A stretch of DNA of 64,000 nt from Bacteroidota bacterium (GTDB taxonomy: Bacteria; Bacteroidota; Bacteroidia; Bacteroidales; VadinHA17). The position numbers were made by a program, and so were the translations under genes. Where the stretch lies: positions 39,760 through 103,759 of the forward strand of contig JADFDS010000011.1 in assembly GCA_018262715.1 (NCBI GenBank), written 5' to 3'. Positions 35,900 through 44,097 of the stretch are shown piece after piece. Under the pieces are notes generated by a model, which was given only the letters and a program-made list of their open reading frames with translations, had not been told where the DNA came from and did no database searches. Position 1 is the first letter of the stretch; the number at the start of each line of letters is the position of its first letter.

Positions 35900-36889
35900 T
35901 TACTCCTGGGCCACTGTGTTAACAAGTTTTCTGGCTTCTGCCCATTTCTCCTCCGGCATGCGTGCTCCTACCACCTCTATGACCTTTCCGGCCAGGATTG
36001 ATCCGAACATTCCGCATTTATCGAGGCCGAATCCGTTTGAAAAGCCATACAGGAATCCGGCAGCGTACAGGTCGCCGGCGCCGGTTGTGTCAACCGCTTT
36101 GACTTTCAGGGCGTCGACCTTTATCACTTCGTCACCTCTCTTTATCCACGATCCGCCGGGGCCGGTTTTGACAACGGCTATTTTGCATTTCCGGGCTATA
36201 GCGTCGAGAGCTTCCCTGGGGTTCAGGCCGCCGGTGAAAGCGCGGGCTTCCTCCTCGTTGGCGAAGACTATATCGACATATTCTCTCACGAGCCGGTCGA
36301 ATGCAGGGAGCAATTCGGTGACCACGTTAAAGCTTGCCAGGTCGAGGGCCACGCACATGCGGTTTTCTTTTGCTAGTTGAAAGGCCTTTTCAACCAGGGG
36401 GAGGTTATAGATGAGGTAGCCTTCGATGTAGAGTATGTTGAATCCCTTGAAATAGCTGATATTGAGATCATCGGCTGACAGTTCGGTTGCAGCGCCGAGG
36501 TGTGTTGCGAAAGTCCGTTCGGAGTCAGGTGTGACCAGTGCCACGGCGGTGCCGGTAGGTGACTGTGATGAGCGTATGAGAACAGGGGTGAGGCCGGCGT
36601 CGACCATATCTTTTTCGTAGAAGTTGCCCATTTCGTCACGGCCTACTTTGCCAATGAATGATGAGTGGACTCCCATGATGCCGAGGCCGTACATTGTATT
36701 GCCAGCTGAGCCGCCGGATGCGAGGGTTCTTTTCATGCCGTTTATGGCCTGTTTGATTTCGCCGGAGCGGTGGGCGTCGACCATTGTCATGCTTCCTTTA
36801 GGGAGGCTGAATTGGCCGAGGCAGGTTTCGTCAGGAATTATTGTCATTACATCGACGAGAGCGTTGCCGATGCCTATAATTTTCTTCAT
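35900..36889 (-). CDS. PfkB family carbohydrate/nucleoside kinase (adenosine kinase-like)
   Basis: MKKIIGIGNALVDVM start (ATG at 36889), GGSAGN, and the C-terminal DTTGAGDLYAAGFLYG PfkB signature. Confidence 0.8.
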   Translation of the reverse strand: MKKIIGIGNALVDVMTIIPDETCLGQFSLPKGSMTMVDAHRSGEIKQAINGMKRTLASGGSAGNTMYGLGIMGVHSSFIGKVGRDEMGNFYEKDMVDAGLTPVLIRSSQSPTGTAVALVTPDSERTFATHLGAATELSADDLNISYFKGFNILYIEGYLIYNLPLVEKAFQLAKENRMCVALDLASFNVVTELLPAFDRLVREYVDIVFANEEEARAFTGGLNPREALDAIARKCKIAVVKTGPGGSWIKRGDEVIKVDALKVKAVDTTGAGDLYAAGFLYGFSNGFGLDKCGMFGSILAGKVIEVVGARMPEEKWAEARKLVNTVAQE

Positions 36890-36934
36890 CAGGAAAATTT
36901 TGACAAAGATATTGCTTAATTCGTTTAAAGCGGT

Positions 36935-36942
36935 TAATTTTG
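36935..36942 (+). promoter_or_regulatory. Candidate -7 box (TAATTTTG) for tRNA-Asn
   Basis: It fits TAnnTTTG and lies 27 nt upstream of the tRNA. It is followed by CCACGC, as upstream of tRNA-Gln. Confidence 0.4.
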
Positions 36943-36968
36943 CCACGCTTTTCGGAGCTATAGAATCT

Positions 36969-37042
36969 TCCTCAGTAGCTCAGTTGGTTAGAGCACCTGA
37001 CTGTTAATCAGGGGGTCCTAGGTTCAAGTCCTAGCTGGGGAG
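36969..37042 (+). tRNA. tRNA-Asn(GTT): tRNA-Asn (anticodon GTT)
   Basis: Folded by hand. Acceptor TCCTCAG/CTGGGGA (one G-U pair); D stem GCTC/GAGC; anticodon stem CCTGA/TCAGG with loop CTGTTAA, giving anticodon GTT; T stem CTAGG/CCTAG with loop TTCAAGT. 74 nt. Confidence 0.9.
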
Positions 37043-37055
37043 CGAAGCAAGTCAA

Positions 37056-37088
37056 CCACTTACACGGATTTCGGGTAAGTGGTTTTTT
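37056..37088 (+). terminator. Rho-independent terminator after tRNA-Asn
   Basis: CCACTTAC acggatttcgg GTAAGTGG followed by T6. Confidence 0.75.
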
Positions 37089-37093
37089 ATTAT

Positions 37094-37114
37094 GGGCCAG
37101 TTTTGGGCCAGTTT
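37094..37114 (+). repeat. Short direct repeat GGGCCAGTTT x2 (period 11) at the left edge of the low-GC islet
   Basis: Read directly: tatGGGCCAGTTTtGGGCCAGTTTctggggg. Its function is unknown. Confidence 0.6.
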
Positions 37115-37195
37115 CTGGGGGAAATTCACCGTTTTCGGGTCATAAGTTAATGACGGTCTTAAAATAAAATGGCTGTAGTTGTTCCAGTAATGTGG

Positions 37196-38278
37196 TTATT
37201 CTTTCTTCTTAATAATACTGAACTCTGAAAAATTGAACCCATATCCCAAGTCTTTTCGTGGGAAGAATGTCATCCTGAGGTACAATGTTTTTATTATTTC
37301 AGATTTAGTCCAGGTAGTGCCACCATCCAAGGTTTCATATGATATGCTCCCTCTATAGGTAGGGAAATCGAGATCCTCATATTCCGCAATGGGTTGAATA
37401 TTAAAACCCTCATTTTCAGATGAAAAATGGAATGTACCAAAGTAATTGAACGGGAAATCGGTTTCCTCCCAATTTACTCCGCTATCAATTGTTTTATAAA
37501 TATGTGATACGCCATCAATATAACCGATATTCTCGTTGTAGAAATAGATGTTTCTGATATCATAATTTGATTCAATTGGTGTTGAGATAGTTTGCCAGGT
37601 CTGACCATGATCAGAACTTTTAAAAATCTGATTATTTTCACTTGCCACAAAAGCAATATTATCAACAAAATAAAGGCTACTACTGTAACGCTTTATGTCC
37701 AGGTCAAGGAGATTCCAATTAGAGCCTCCGTCAGTAGTTATGGCCACATATTCATCCCTTGAGTTAGGAATGTCTGTCTTATGAATGATTGCAATTCCAT
37801 TCAGGGGATCGAAAAACTTCAATGACAATATTCGGATGTAATCAGGAAAGTATGTCTTCGTCCAGGTGTCTCCGCCATTTATCGTTTTTAGCAGAACACT
37901 TCCTTGGTCGCAATCTGCATCCAGGCAATCACTCATTGCATGACTTGACACAAAGCCCACATTTTCATCAATAAAGTAGACCGAATGCAGATGTAATGTA
38001 GTGCCCGAATTCAGTTTTCGCCATGTAGTGCCCGAATCGGTTGTTTTATAAATATCGCCGTTGTATCCGACAACGAAGCCAATGCTCTCGTCAACGAAAT
38101 ACATATCCCTGGGATTGATGTCAAAATCATAAGTTGATTTTAAAATCTCCCATCCCTCCAGTTCAATTGTCAGATCATCTTCAGAATTATCTGGCACTTC
38201 TTTGCAGCCACACAGCAGAAATGCTGTCATTGAAGCTATCAGGGCTAATTTGTTCATAGTCAATTTTTTCACATGCAA
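37196..38278 (-). CDS. Asp-box (BNR) / Ycf48-like beta-propeller lipoprotein
   Basis: Lipobox FLLCGC and six S/T-x-D-x-G-x-T/N-W motifs (TTDSGTTW, INGGDTW, TTDGGSNW, SSDHGQTW, TIDSGVNW, TLDGGTTW). An alternative start is the ATG at 38257. Confidence 0.7.
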   Translation of the reverse strand: MHVKKLTMNKLALIASMTAFLLCGCKEVPDNSEDDLTIELEGWEILKSTYDFDINPRDMYFVDESIGFVVGYNGDIYKTTDSGTTWRKLNSGTTLHLHSVYFIDENVGFVSSHAMSDCLDADCDQGSVLLKTINGGDTWTKTYFPDYIRILSLKFFDPLNGIAIIHKTDIPNSRDEYVAITTDGGSNWNLLDLDIKRYSSSLYFVDNIAFVASENNQIFKSSDHGQTWQTISTPIESNYDIRNIYFYNENIGYIDGVSHIYKTIDSGVNWEETDFPFNYFGTFHFSSENEGFNIQPIAEYEDLDFPTYRGSISYETLDGGTTWTKSEIIKTLYLRMTFFPRKDLGYGFNFSEFSIIKKKE

Positions 38279-38640
38279 TTAGAAAAAGAATTATGGTAGC
38301 GAGTAGATACTTTATGGGTTTCATTGTTGGTCGGTCTCTTGATCAAGTGTCAATTTTATCCCAATTGTCCTTGATGAGATATATCATTAATACGAGAATG
38401 GACGCCAATTCGCTGCAGACAGTATCCATTTTTTAAACCGAAATGTAAGTTTTCCTATTCTGGTTAGCTCAGACCTTCGATCTTCGTACGACCCTCACCA
38501 GACTCCATCCAACCTGAAGATCTGGTCTCCGGGATCAGTTTTTATACTTTCCCATGACCTGAGAGGGGGAGGTTGGCGATGGTTTGAAGCCAGGTCCGGA
38601 TATTAGCCTGGATTAAGACATTGCTCTGAATGGCTGCCGG

Positions 38641-39594
38641 TTATTTTTGTGCCTTATAGTCTTCATATCCACTGCGTTCAAAAATCTCATTTGGATTCAT
38701 ATCCATGAGATCCAGGGTATTTGTGGCAGGATTTCTTTCCTTAAAAAGCCTGACAATATTAAATCCGATATTATAACCGCTCCCAAATGGTATTTTATCC
38801 GTTCCAAACATTACTCCGTTAATTCTGTCATGTCCCTTCCCGAAGATTTCATTTTTAATAAGTTCCCAGACTTCGGTTTCCTGCTCTCTGGTTAAAAAAT
38901 TTGTGAGGGGATTTGAAACAGTTTTATATTGTTCTGATGCAAACAGATCTGCCCGACCTTCAAATACGAGGTACTCGATAAGGCTGAAGTCTGCTGATAT
39001 CCAATTTCTTGAACACCAGGTGCTATGATGATACTCATGTGCTATACAATAGGGTAAGAAATCTGTCCAGTTTTGAAAGGTGGGATCAATTGAAAGAATG
39101 ATTTTGCCACTTCCAAGAGTGATTCCGCTTATTGGCAGCTTAATCTTTTCAAGCGCTGGCCGGTTCAGTGAGCTTGCAGGCAGGATAATAATTTTAGTGT
39201 CTGGTCCGGGAAGTTCTTTTGTAATTTTGGTGAAGGATTCCTGTATAATCGTTAATAAATCAGACGATTTAAGTAATTGTATTTCGTTTCTTAAATAATC
39301 ATTTGTTTCATAAGGTACTTTAATGGTATTGAAGAGGAAGGCTGCTTCGGCATCATCAAGAATTTCATCCCGGATTGGTTTATAAATGTATTTATCTGAA
39401 GATTTGACAATATTCCCGTTAAACTTACCGGAGTGTGACAAGTAGTTGTCAATCAGATCAAATGTTGTCAGGACTTCTATCCTTTGGTTATTTATGGTGA
39501 ATGCAGCCCTTTCAAAATCAGGAACTTTGTTCGTGCAACCAATTACCGCAAGGCCAACCAGGGTGAGGCTGAGAAAAGGACGATAAATTTTCAT
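38641..39594 (-). CDS. Putative Zn-dependent protease lipoprotein (DUF2268-like, HExxH)
   Basis: Lipobox AVIGC. The motif CIAHEYHHSTW followed by LVFEGRADLFA matches my memory of DUF2268. Confidence 0.5.
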   Translation of the reverse strand: MKIYRPFLSLTLVGLAVIGCTNKVPDFERAAFTINNQRIEVLTTFDLIDNYLSHSGKFNGNIVKSSDKYIYKPIRDEILDDAEAAFLFNTIKVPYETNDYLRNEIQLLKSSDLLTIIQESFTKITKELPGPDTKIIILPASSLNRPALEKIKLPISGITLGSGKIILSIDPTFQNWTDFLPYCIAHEYHHSTWCSRNWISADFSLIEYLVFEGRADLFASEQYKTVSNPLTNFLTREQETEVWELIKNEIFGKGHDRINGVMFGTDKIPFGSGYNIGFNIVRLFKERNPATNTLDLMDMNPNEIFERSGYEDYKAQK

Positions 39595-39803
39595 TTTGTC
39601 AATTCAGAAAGCCAATTATCTTAATTCAAGTTACATAAGCGAAAAGTCGAAATCAAATATATCAAAATCATCCTTGAGCACCAATATGATTGTCGCACAG
39701 AAGGAAACTAACTCAGAGAAAATTTTACCAGGTTGTCAGAAAGAATAATTCATCCGGGTCTTTGAAAGAAACCAGTCAGTTTAATATCGGTCAGGTTAGT
39801 TGA

Positions 39804-40574
39804 TTATTCCTCGTTTGTATTTATTTTTTGTTTCGCACGTTCTTCCAATTGGCTTATGTAAGTTTCCAGGTATTCGTCAATATGAACCCTTTTTTGGTTT
39901 TCGTAAATGTCGACGAACTGGCTGAACTGGAAGTAGCCATATTTTTCGGGTTGGGGTCCTAACTCCCAGTAGTGCTCGTTAAACCATGCAATACGGTCCT
40001 CAGTTCCCTGAGGGACAGGGTCGGGCACTTTGGCCAGAAATGCTTTGGCAAATTTGTAGCACTTTTCAAGCTCGTCCGCTTTCCCCACACTGTTCCAATA
40101 ATTCATGGCAATCATGTTGACATCGTATTCTTCGCGGTACATGGCTTCAGGGTCTGATAACGAATAGGCAGCCACCAGCCCGTGCCCCAACTCATGAGCG
40201 ATATAGAATCCGTTAAAAAAAACGGCAAAGAACAGTCTGGCATCTTCTTCATTGTCCGAGTATGTATTAAAAAAAGCCTTGTGATCATCCGTCAGTTCAT
40301 GGTAAAGTGATGTAACCACATTCTTACTCTTTGGGGCATAATAAACCATAGCGGGAGTGGTATACACAATAAATCCGACATTAAAGTCCGGCTCAGGCCG
40401 TATCCGGTTAACCCGGTTATTAAAATCAGCCACCATGGGGGCTGCGTCCCGGGTTAGGGATGCGGAATCGCTGTACAGCCTGAACAGTCCGTCCGTTGCC
40501 GGTGAAACACTCTGTGCATTAGAGTATAAAAAGCACGTTACTGTGAGAAGTGAAAAGAGAATTGCCGATTTCAT
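39804..40574 (-). CDS. Exported hypothetical protein with an HExxH zinc-metalloprotease-like motif
   Basis: Signal peptide MKSAILFSLLTVTCFLYSNAQS and the motif FYIAHELGHGL. I recognised no family. Confidence 0.4.
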   Translation of the reverse strand: MKSAILFSLLTVTCFLYSNAQSVSPATDGLFRLYSDSASLTRDAAPMVADFNNRVNRIRPEPDFNVGFIVYTTPAMVYYAPKSKNVVTSLYHELTDDHKAFFNTYSDNEEDARLFFAVFFNGFYIAHELGHGLVAAYSLSDPEAMYREEYDVNMIAMNYWNSVGKADELEKCYKFAKAFLAKVPDPVPQGTEDRIAWFNEHYWELGPQPEKYGYFQFSQFVDIYENQKRVHIDEYLETYISQLEERAKQKINTNEE

Positions 40575-40995
40575 GTTCCTATTATTTTGTATTTAGTTCA
40601 GAACCACGATATTCTTGCCACCAGCGGTCTTGAGTGTGCTTTAATAATTGCCAGGCCGTTTCATGTCCACCGGCTCAAAAGATTGATGGGCTTCAATGCC
40701 GGAAGACCCGGTTATATCTTCACATACATTTGGTTTTTGCCCATGTCCTAAACATAACAACTAAAAGATGTTTATGTTTTTCAAAGACAGTGAATACTTT
40801 AATTTCCCCGGAAGTATCAGTGATTATCTGCAGCAATCCGGAAGTCTCGAACTATTAGAACATATTGCAGCAAAGAAATTACTGCTTTACCTTAGCGTCT
40901 TGATTTAAGGAAATCCGATTATTGGGGAAACAGCTGCTAAGCTGGTATAAACCCTGAAAGGATCACCAAAACCATATAATTTGCAGATCGGACAA

Positions 40996-41727
40996 ATGGA
41001 TACCTCTGACAGGCAGTGGAGATTAATCTTCAAAACAGGCGCAATAGCCTCAATTATTGTATTATGCGGGATTGTTACCGACATGATAGTCGGCTCCGTA
41101 ACTGGCGGCAATGTGGCTGAATTGCCTCAGACATCCGTTGAGCGGTTCAATCAGTTCAATGAAAACCGGCTCCTGGGATTATATAACCTTGACCTGCTCA
41201 ATATCATAAATCAGATTATTTTAATTCCTGTCATAATCGCTCTGTACGGAGCTCACCGGAATACAAACAGCTCCTTTGCCCTGCTTTCCATGGTGCTGTT
41301 CCTGGTAGGGACAACGATTTTTGTAACCGGCAACACGGCGTTGACAATGCTGGATTTAAGCCGGAAATACTTTGCGGCAGGTTCAGATGAACAGAGACTG
41401 TTACTGGCAGCGGCAGGAGAAGCGATGCTGACAAAGGGTTCACATGGAAGCCTGGGTGTCTTCATCGGATTTGCATTGCCGACATTTGCGAACATGCTTA
41501 TGTCATTCGTTATGCTGAGCGGAAAAATCTTCAGCCGTCTGTCCTCTTATTTCGGAATAATTGGAAACTCACTGATGATCATCTACCTTGTCCTGGTGAC
41601 ATTTATCCCGAAGGTTGAAGCCATGGCTATTGCATTTGCCATGCCCGCCGGACTTATGGTTATGGCATGGATGATACTGTTTACAATAAAACTGTTCAGG
41701 TTAAGCAAAGTCGGTGAAGCCAATTAA
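40996..41727 (+). CDS. DUF4386-like integral membrane protein
   Basis: Six predicted TM helices with a layout resembling DUF4386 (LGLYNLDLLNIINQIILIPVIIALY...). The start is placed at the first ATG; the tracked ORF begins at TTG 40981. Confidence 0.5.
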   Translation: MDTSDRQWRLIFKTGAIASIIVLCGIVTDMIVGSVTGGNVAELPQTSVERFNQFNENRLLGLYNLDLLNIINQIILIPVIIALYGAHRNTNSSFALLSMVLFLVGTTIFVTGNTALTMLDLSRKYFAAGSDEQRLLLAAAGEAMLTKGSHGSLGVFIGFALPTFANMLMSFVMLSGKIFSRLSSYFGIIGNSLMIIYLVLVTFIPKVEAMAIAFAMPAGLMVMAWMILFTIKLFRLSKVGEAN

Positions 41728-41773
41728 CTATGCCATCATTCAGGCATATAGCAGAATTCTTAAATTACTGATT

Positions 41774-42094
41774 ATGAATATTGAAAGCCTGAGAGAATAC
41801 TGTATTTCAAAAAAGGATGTCACCGAAAGCTTCCCTTTTGGCGATGATACGCTGGTTTTCAAAACACAGGGAAGGATTTTTGCCCTGGCAAATCTCGAAG
41901 GAGACCTCAGTGTAAATCTCAAGTGTGACCCGGGACTGGCGATTGAGCTAAGGGAAAGATATTCATCCGTTATGCCGGGCTATCATATGAACAAAAAACA
42001 CTGGAACACTGTACGCATTGATGGATCAGTTCCTGACAGGGAAGTGTTTTCATGGGTTGACAACTCATATGATCTCGTGTCAAAAAAGAAGTGA
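41774..42094 (+). CDS. MmcQ/YjbR family DNA-binding protein
   Basis: MNIESLREYCISKKDVTESFPFGDDTLVFKTQGRIFA ... GYHMNKKHWNTV is the YjbR signature. The ATG at 41774 gives 106 aa. Confidence 0.8.
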   Translation: MNIESLREYCISKKDVTESFPFGDDTLVFKTQGRIFALANLEGDLSVNLKCDPGLAIELRERYSSVMPGYHMNKKHWNTVRIDGSVPDREVFSWVDNSYDLVSKKK

Positions 42095-42330
42095 CCTGAC
42101 CTAAGGTGCATGCGCCGGTGGGTTTAACCACTCTCCGCCGGAGCTGTCAGACCACCTTCGGCATGAATGCAGGGGAATATACCGCTTTATGTAAGGTTTT
42201 TAAAGCTGTGGCATCCAGAGAGTTGCAGTATCATAATTCGATTGAATCATTGCTTGCAGCAGGTGATGGCTGCAGTACCGGTTACCAGGTAAACGTCTGA
42301 ATTTCACTTACCAGGCTGAAAGGATAACAG

Positions 42331-42996
42331 TCAACTTCTGTTTTCTGTTTTAAACCTGAGGATCTGTCTCAGACGGTCAGGCAGTTCTTCCGGCCTGTCA
42401 GCAATCTGATCCGGGAAAAGGGAGGCAAGGAGTTCCCTCCGGTTCAGTCCCCACGAAACGGCAATGACAGGAATGCCGGCTGCCCGGCATGCCTCGATGT
42501 CACGGGTTTCATCGCCTGCATAAACTATTCTTCCCGCCGGGAGTTGCTCCCTGATGATCATTTTCCTTATGACCCTGTCCTTCCCGAGGAAACTTCTGCC
42601 GCTGTAAATGAAATCAAACAGGGCCGTCAGATTGTTGATTTCCAGAAATCTCCTGACATTCTCTACAGAGTTGGAGGTGAGTATACCCATCCCAAACCCG
42701 GCGTCACGGATCTCATGAAGAGCCTTTTCCATATTATCGAAAAGCTTCATCTCCGGCACGTGCCTGTTCAGCTCCTTCCTGATCCTCAGGGTCAGTGTCA
42801 GCAGCTTCAGCTTCGAGATCCCGTAGGCTTCAAGCAGTTCCTGGGGCTTTTTCGTCCGGAACAGTTCCCTCTCCCCTTCGCCGACAGGCTGACAGTTATA
42901 CTCCGGAGCAATCCGGTTATACACATTCAATCCCAATTCGAGGGTATCAGCGATTGTGCCGTCAAAATCGAAAACAATATAATCCTTGTCCTGCAT
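42331..42996 (-). CDS. HAD superfamily hydrolase (phosphoglycolate phosphatase-like)
   Basis: Motif I is YIVFDFDGTIADT, motif II ILTSNS and motif IV YAGDETRDIEA. Confidence 0.8.
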   Translation of the reverse strand: MQDKDYIVFDFDGTIADTLELGLNVYNRIAPEYNCQPVGEGERELFRTKKPQELLEAYGISKLKLLTLTLRIRKELNRHVPEMKLFDNMEKALHEIRDAGFGMGILTSNSVENVRRFLEINNLTALFDFIYSGRSFLGKDRVIRKMIIREQLPAGRIVYAGDETRDIEACRAAGIPVIAVSWGLNRRELLASLFPDQIADRPEELPDRLRQILRFKTENRS

Positions 42997-43014
42997 TCAG
43001 GCCAAAGATACTGA

Positions 43015-44001
43015 TTATTCGAAGGAGAGCCTAGACACACCTGCCTCACCTGTGCCGAACCACAGTGTGCCGTCCGGTTCCACAGCTATTGAGGTGACTC
43101 CGTTACTGGCCAGGCCGTTATCCCCGGTGTAGCAGGTCCAGTTAATGCCGTCAAATGAAGAGACACCGTCATCAGTTGCGAACCACCTCCTGCCGTTCTT
43201 ATCCACTTCTGCTGCAATGGCGCCGTAGCTGCAAAGTCCGTCATGTTTGCTGAAGACTCTCCAGCCGGTGCCACTGTAACGAAGCACACCGAAAACGGTG
43301 GCAACCCATATATTGCCATCCTGATCTGCAGCGATGTCATTGATGATGTGTTTCATGGGGTCTGCGGGCCTGTGAAAATTCTCCCAGGAAGTGCCGTCAA
43401 ATCTGGATATATCTCCCGAGACCGAACCAAACCACATATTCCCGTCGCGATCCTCTGCCATGGCCGTAATTGTATCACTTACGAGGCCGTCACCATCAGT
43501 GAATGTGACCCATTGTTCTCCGTCATATCTAACCACGCCGCCGCGGGTACCAAACCACACATTGCCGTCAGAGTCAGTTGCCACAGCCAGTGCGTCATTA
43601 CCCGGGAAGCCGTTGGATTCATTATAGCTGGTCCAGTTGACCCCGTCGAATCTGATTGCTCCTGACCCAAGGGTACCGATCCACTTGTTATTGTCCTTGT
43701 CAACCGCAATATCGAAGATGTATCCGCAGACAAATTCCTCAGGAACGGAATAGGTGGTCCAGGACCTGTTGTTGTAGCATGATATGCTTCTTATCATGCA
43801 GCCAAACCACTTGTTGCCCCTGGAATCAACGGTTATTGCCGTTATCCAATTATTTGCCAGGCCATCTTCTGCGGAGAAGGTTGTCCATCTTCCTTCTGCA
43901 GGGCTCTTGCTGCACTGAACCATAACTGTCATGATTACAATGCAGATGAGCATATGTGCACTTCGTTTTACAGGTTGTTTTTGATTTTTTGAATTAACCA
44001 T
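43015..44001 (-). CDS. Exported protein made of two-component-regulator propeller (Reg_prop) repeats
   Basis: Repeated units of ~45 aa of the type GL.sn.I.aia.D.dGn.WfGT..G...fdG..W. The start is probably the ATG at 43953 (MLICIVIMTVMVQCS). Confidence 0.7.
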   Translation of the reverse strand: MVNSKNQKQPVKRSAHMLICIVIMTVMVQCSKSPAEGRWTTFSAEDGLANNWITAITVDSRGNKWFGCMIRSISCYNNRSWTTYSVPEEFVCGYIFDIAVDKDNNKWIGTLGSGAIRFDGVNWTSYNESNGFPGNDALAVATDSDGNVWFGTRGGVVRYDGEQWVTFTDGDGLVSDTITAMAEDRDGNMWFGSVSGDISRFDGTSWENFHRPADPMKHIINDIAADQDGNIWVATVFGVLRYSGTGWRVFSKHDGLCSYGAIAAEVDKNGRRWFATDDGVSSFDGINWTCYTGDNGLASNGVTSIAVEPDGTLWFGTGEAGVSRLSFE

Positions 44002-44097
44002 TATTGAAATTACTTTATGTACAATTGGCTAAAGTGGGCCTTATTACTGATAAAATCAAGGAAGAAGCGGCCGATGTGCCATAGAACATAAAGTTGA

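Larger units (their letters stand above)
37090..42330. other. Low-GC islet (compositional anomaly) flanked on the left by tRNA-Asn
   Basis: Hand counts of GC on 60-nt lines: 20/60 at 37201, 23/60 at 39001 and 22/60 at 40201. Outside the islet: 29/60 at 36001, 34/60 at 45001 and 34/60 at 20401. Intergenic gaps here are unusually long (362, 209, 421 and 236 nt). Confidence 0.6.

Noticed and set aside
35856-36380. 174-aa plus-strand ORF antisense to the PfkB kinase gene
   Set aside because: It is a shadow ORF with Ser/Pro/Ala/Arg-rich composition. The opposite frame carries the PfkB signature DTTGAGD.
38471-38528. Long imperfect inverted repeat (AGACC-ttc-GATCTTC ... GAAGATC-t-GGTCT, ~30-nt loop) in the 362-nt gap downstream of the DUF2268-like gene
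   Set aside because: No T-run follows on either strand, the stem is interrupted, and I recognise no RNA family. There is not enough evidence to call it a terminator or ncRNA.
40768-40908. 46-aa ORF (MFMFFKDSEYFNFPGSISDYLQQSGSLELLEHIAAKKLLLYLSVLI) in the 421-nt gap of the islet
   Set aside because: I recognised no motif, it is very short, and I saw no promoter or RBS evidence. It could be a gene fragment or chance.
42106-42300. 64-aa ORF whose start (LTTLRRSCQTTFGMNAGEYTAL) resembles the C-terminal HTH of AraC-family regulators; a possible relic of a truncated gene
   Set aside because: Only about 20 residues resemble the AraC motif, and the match is degenerate. There is no upstream reading frame. 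It is too weak to annotate as a pseudogene, so it is mentioned only as a possible boundary marker of the islet.
37043-42330. Calling the low-GC block an integrative mobile element
   Set aside because: I found no integrase, transposase, excisionase or conjugation gene, and no repeat of the tRNA-Asn 3' end. Only the compositional anomaly and the tRNA flank are supported, so it is reported as a compositional islet, not as a mobile_element.
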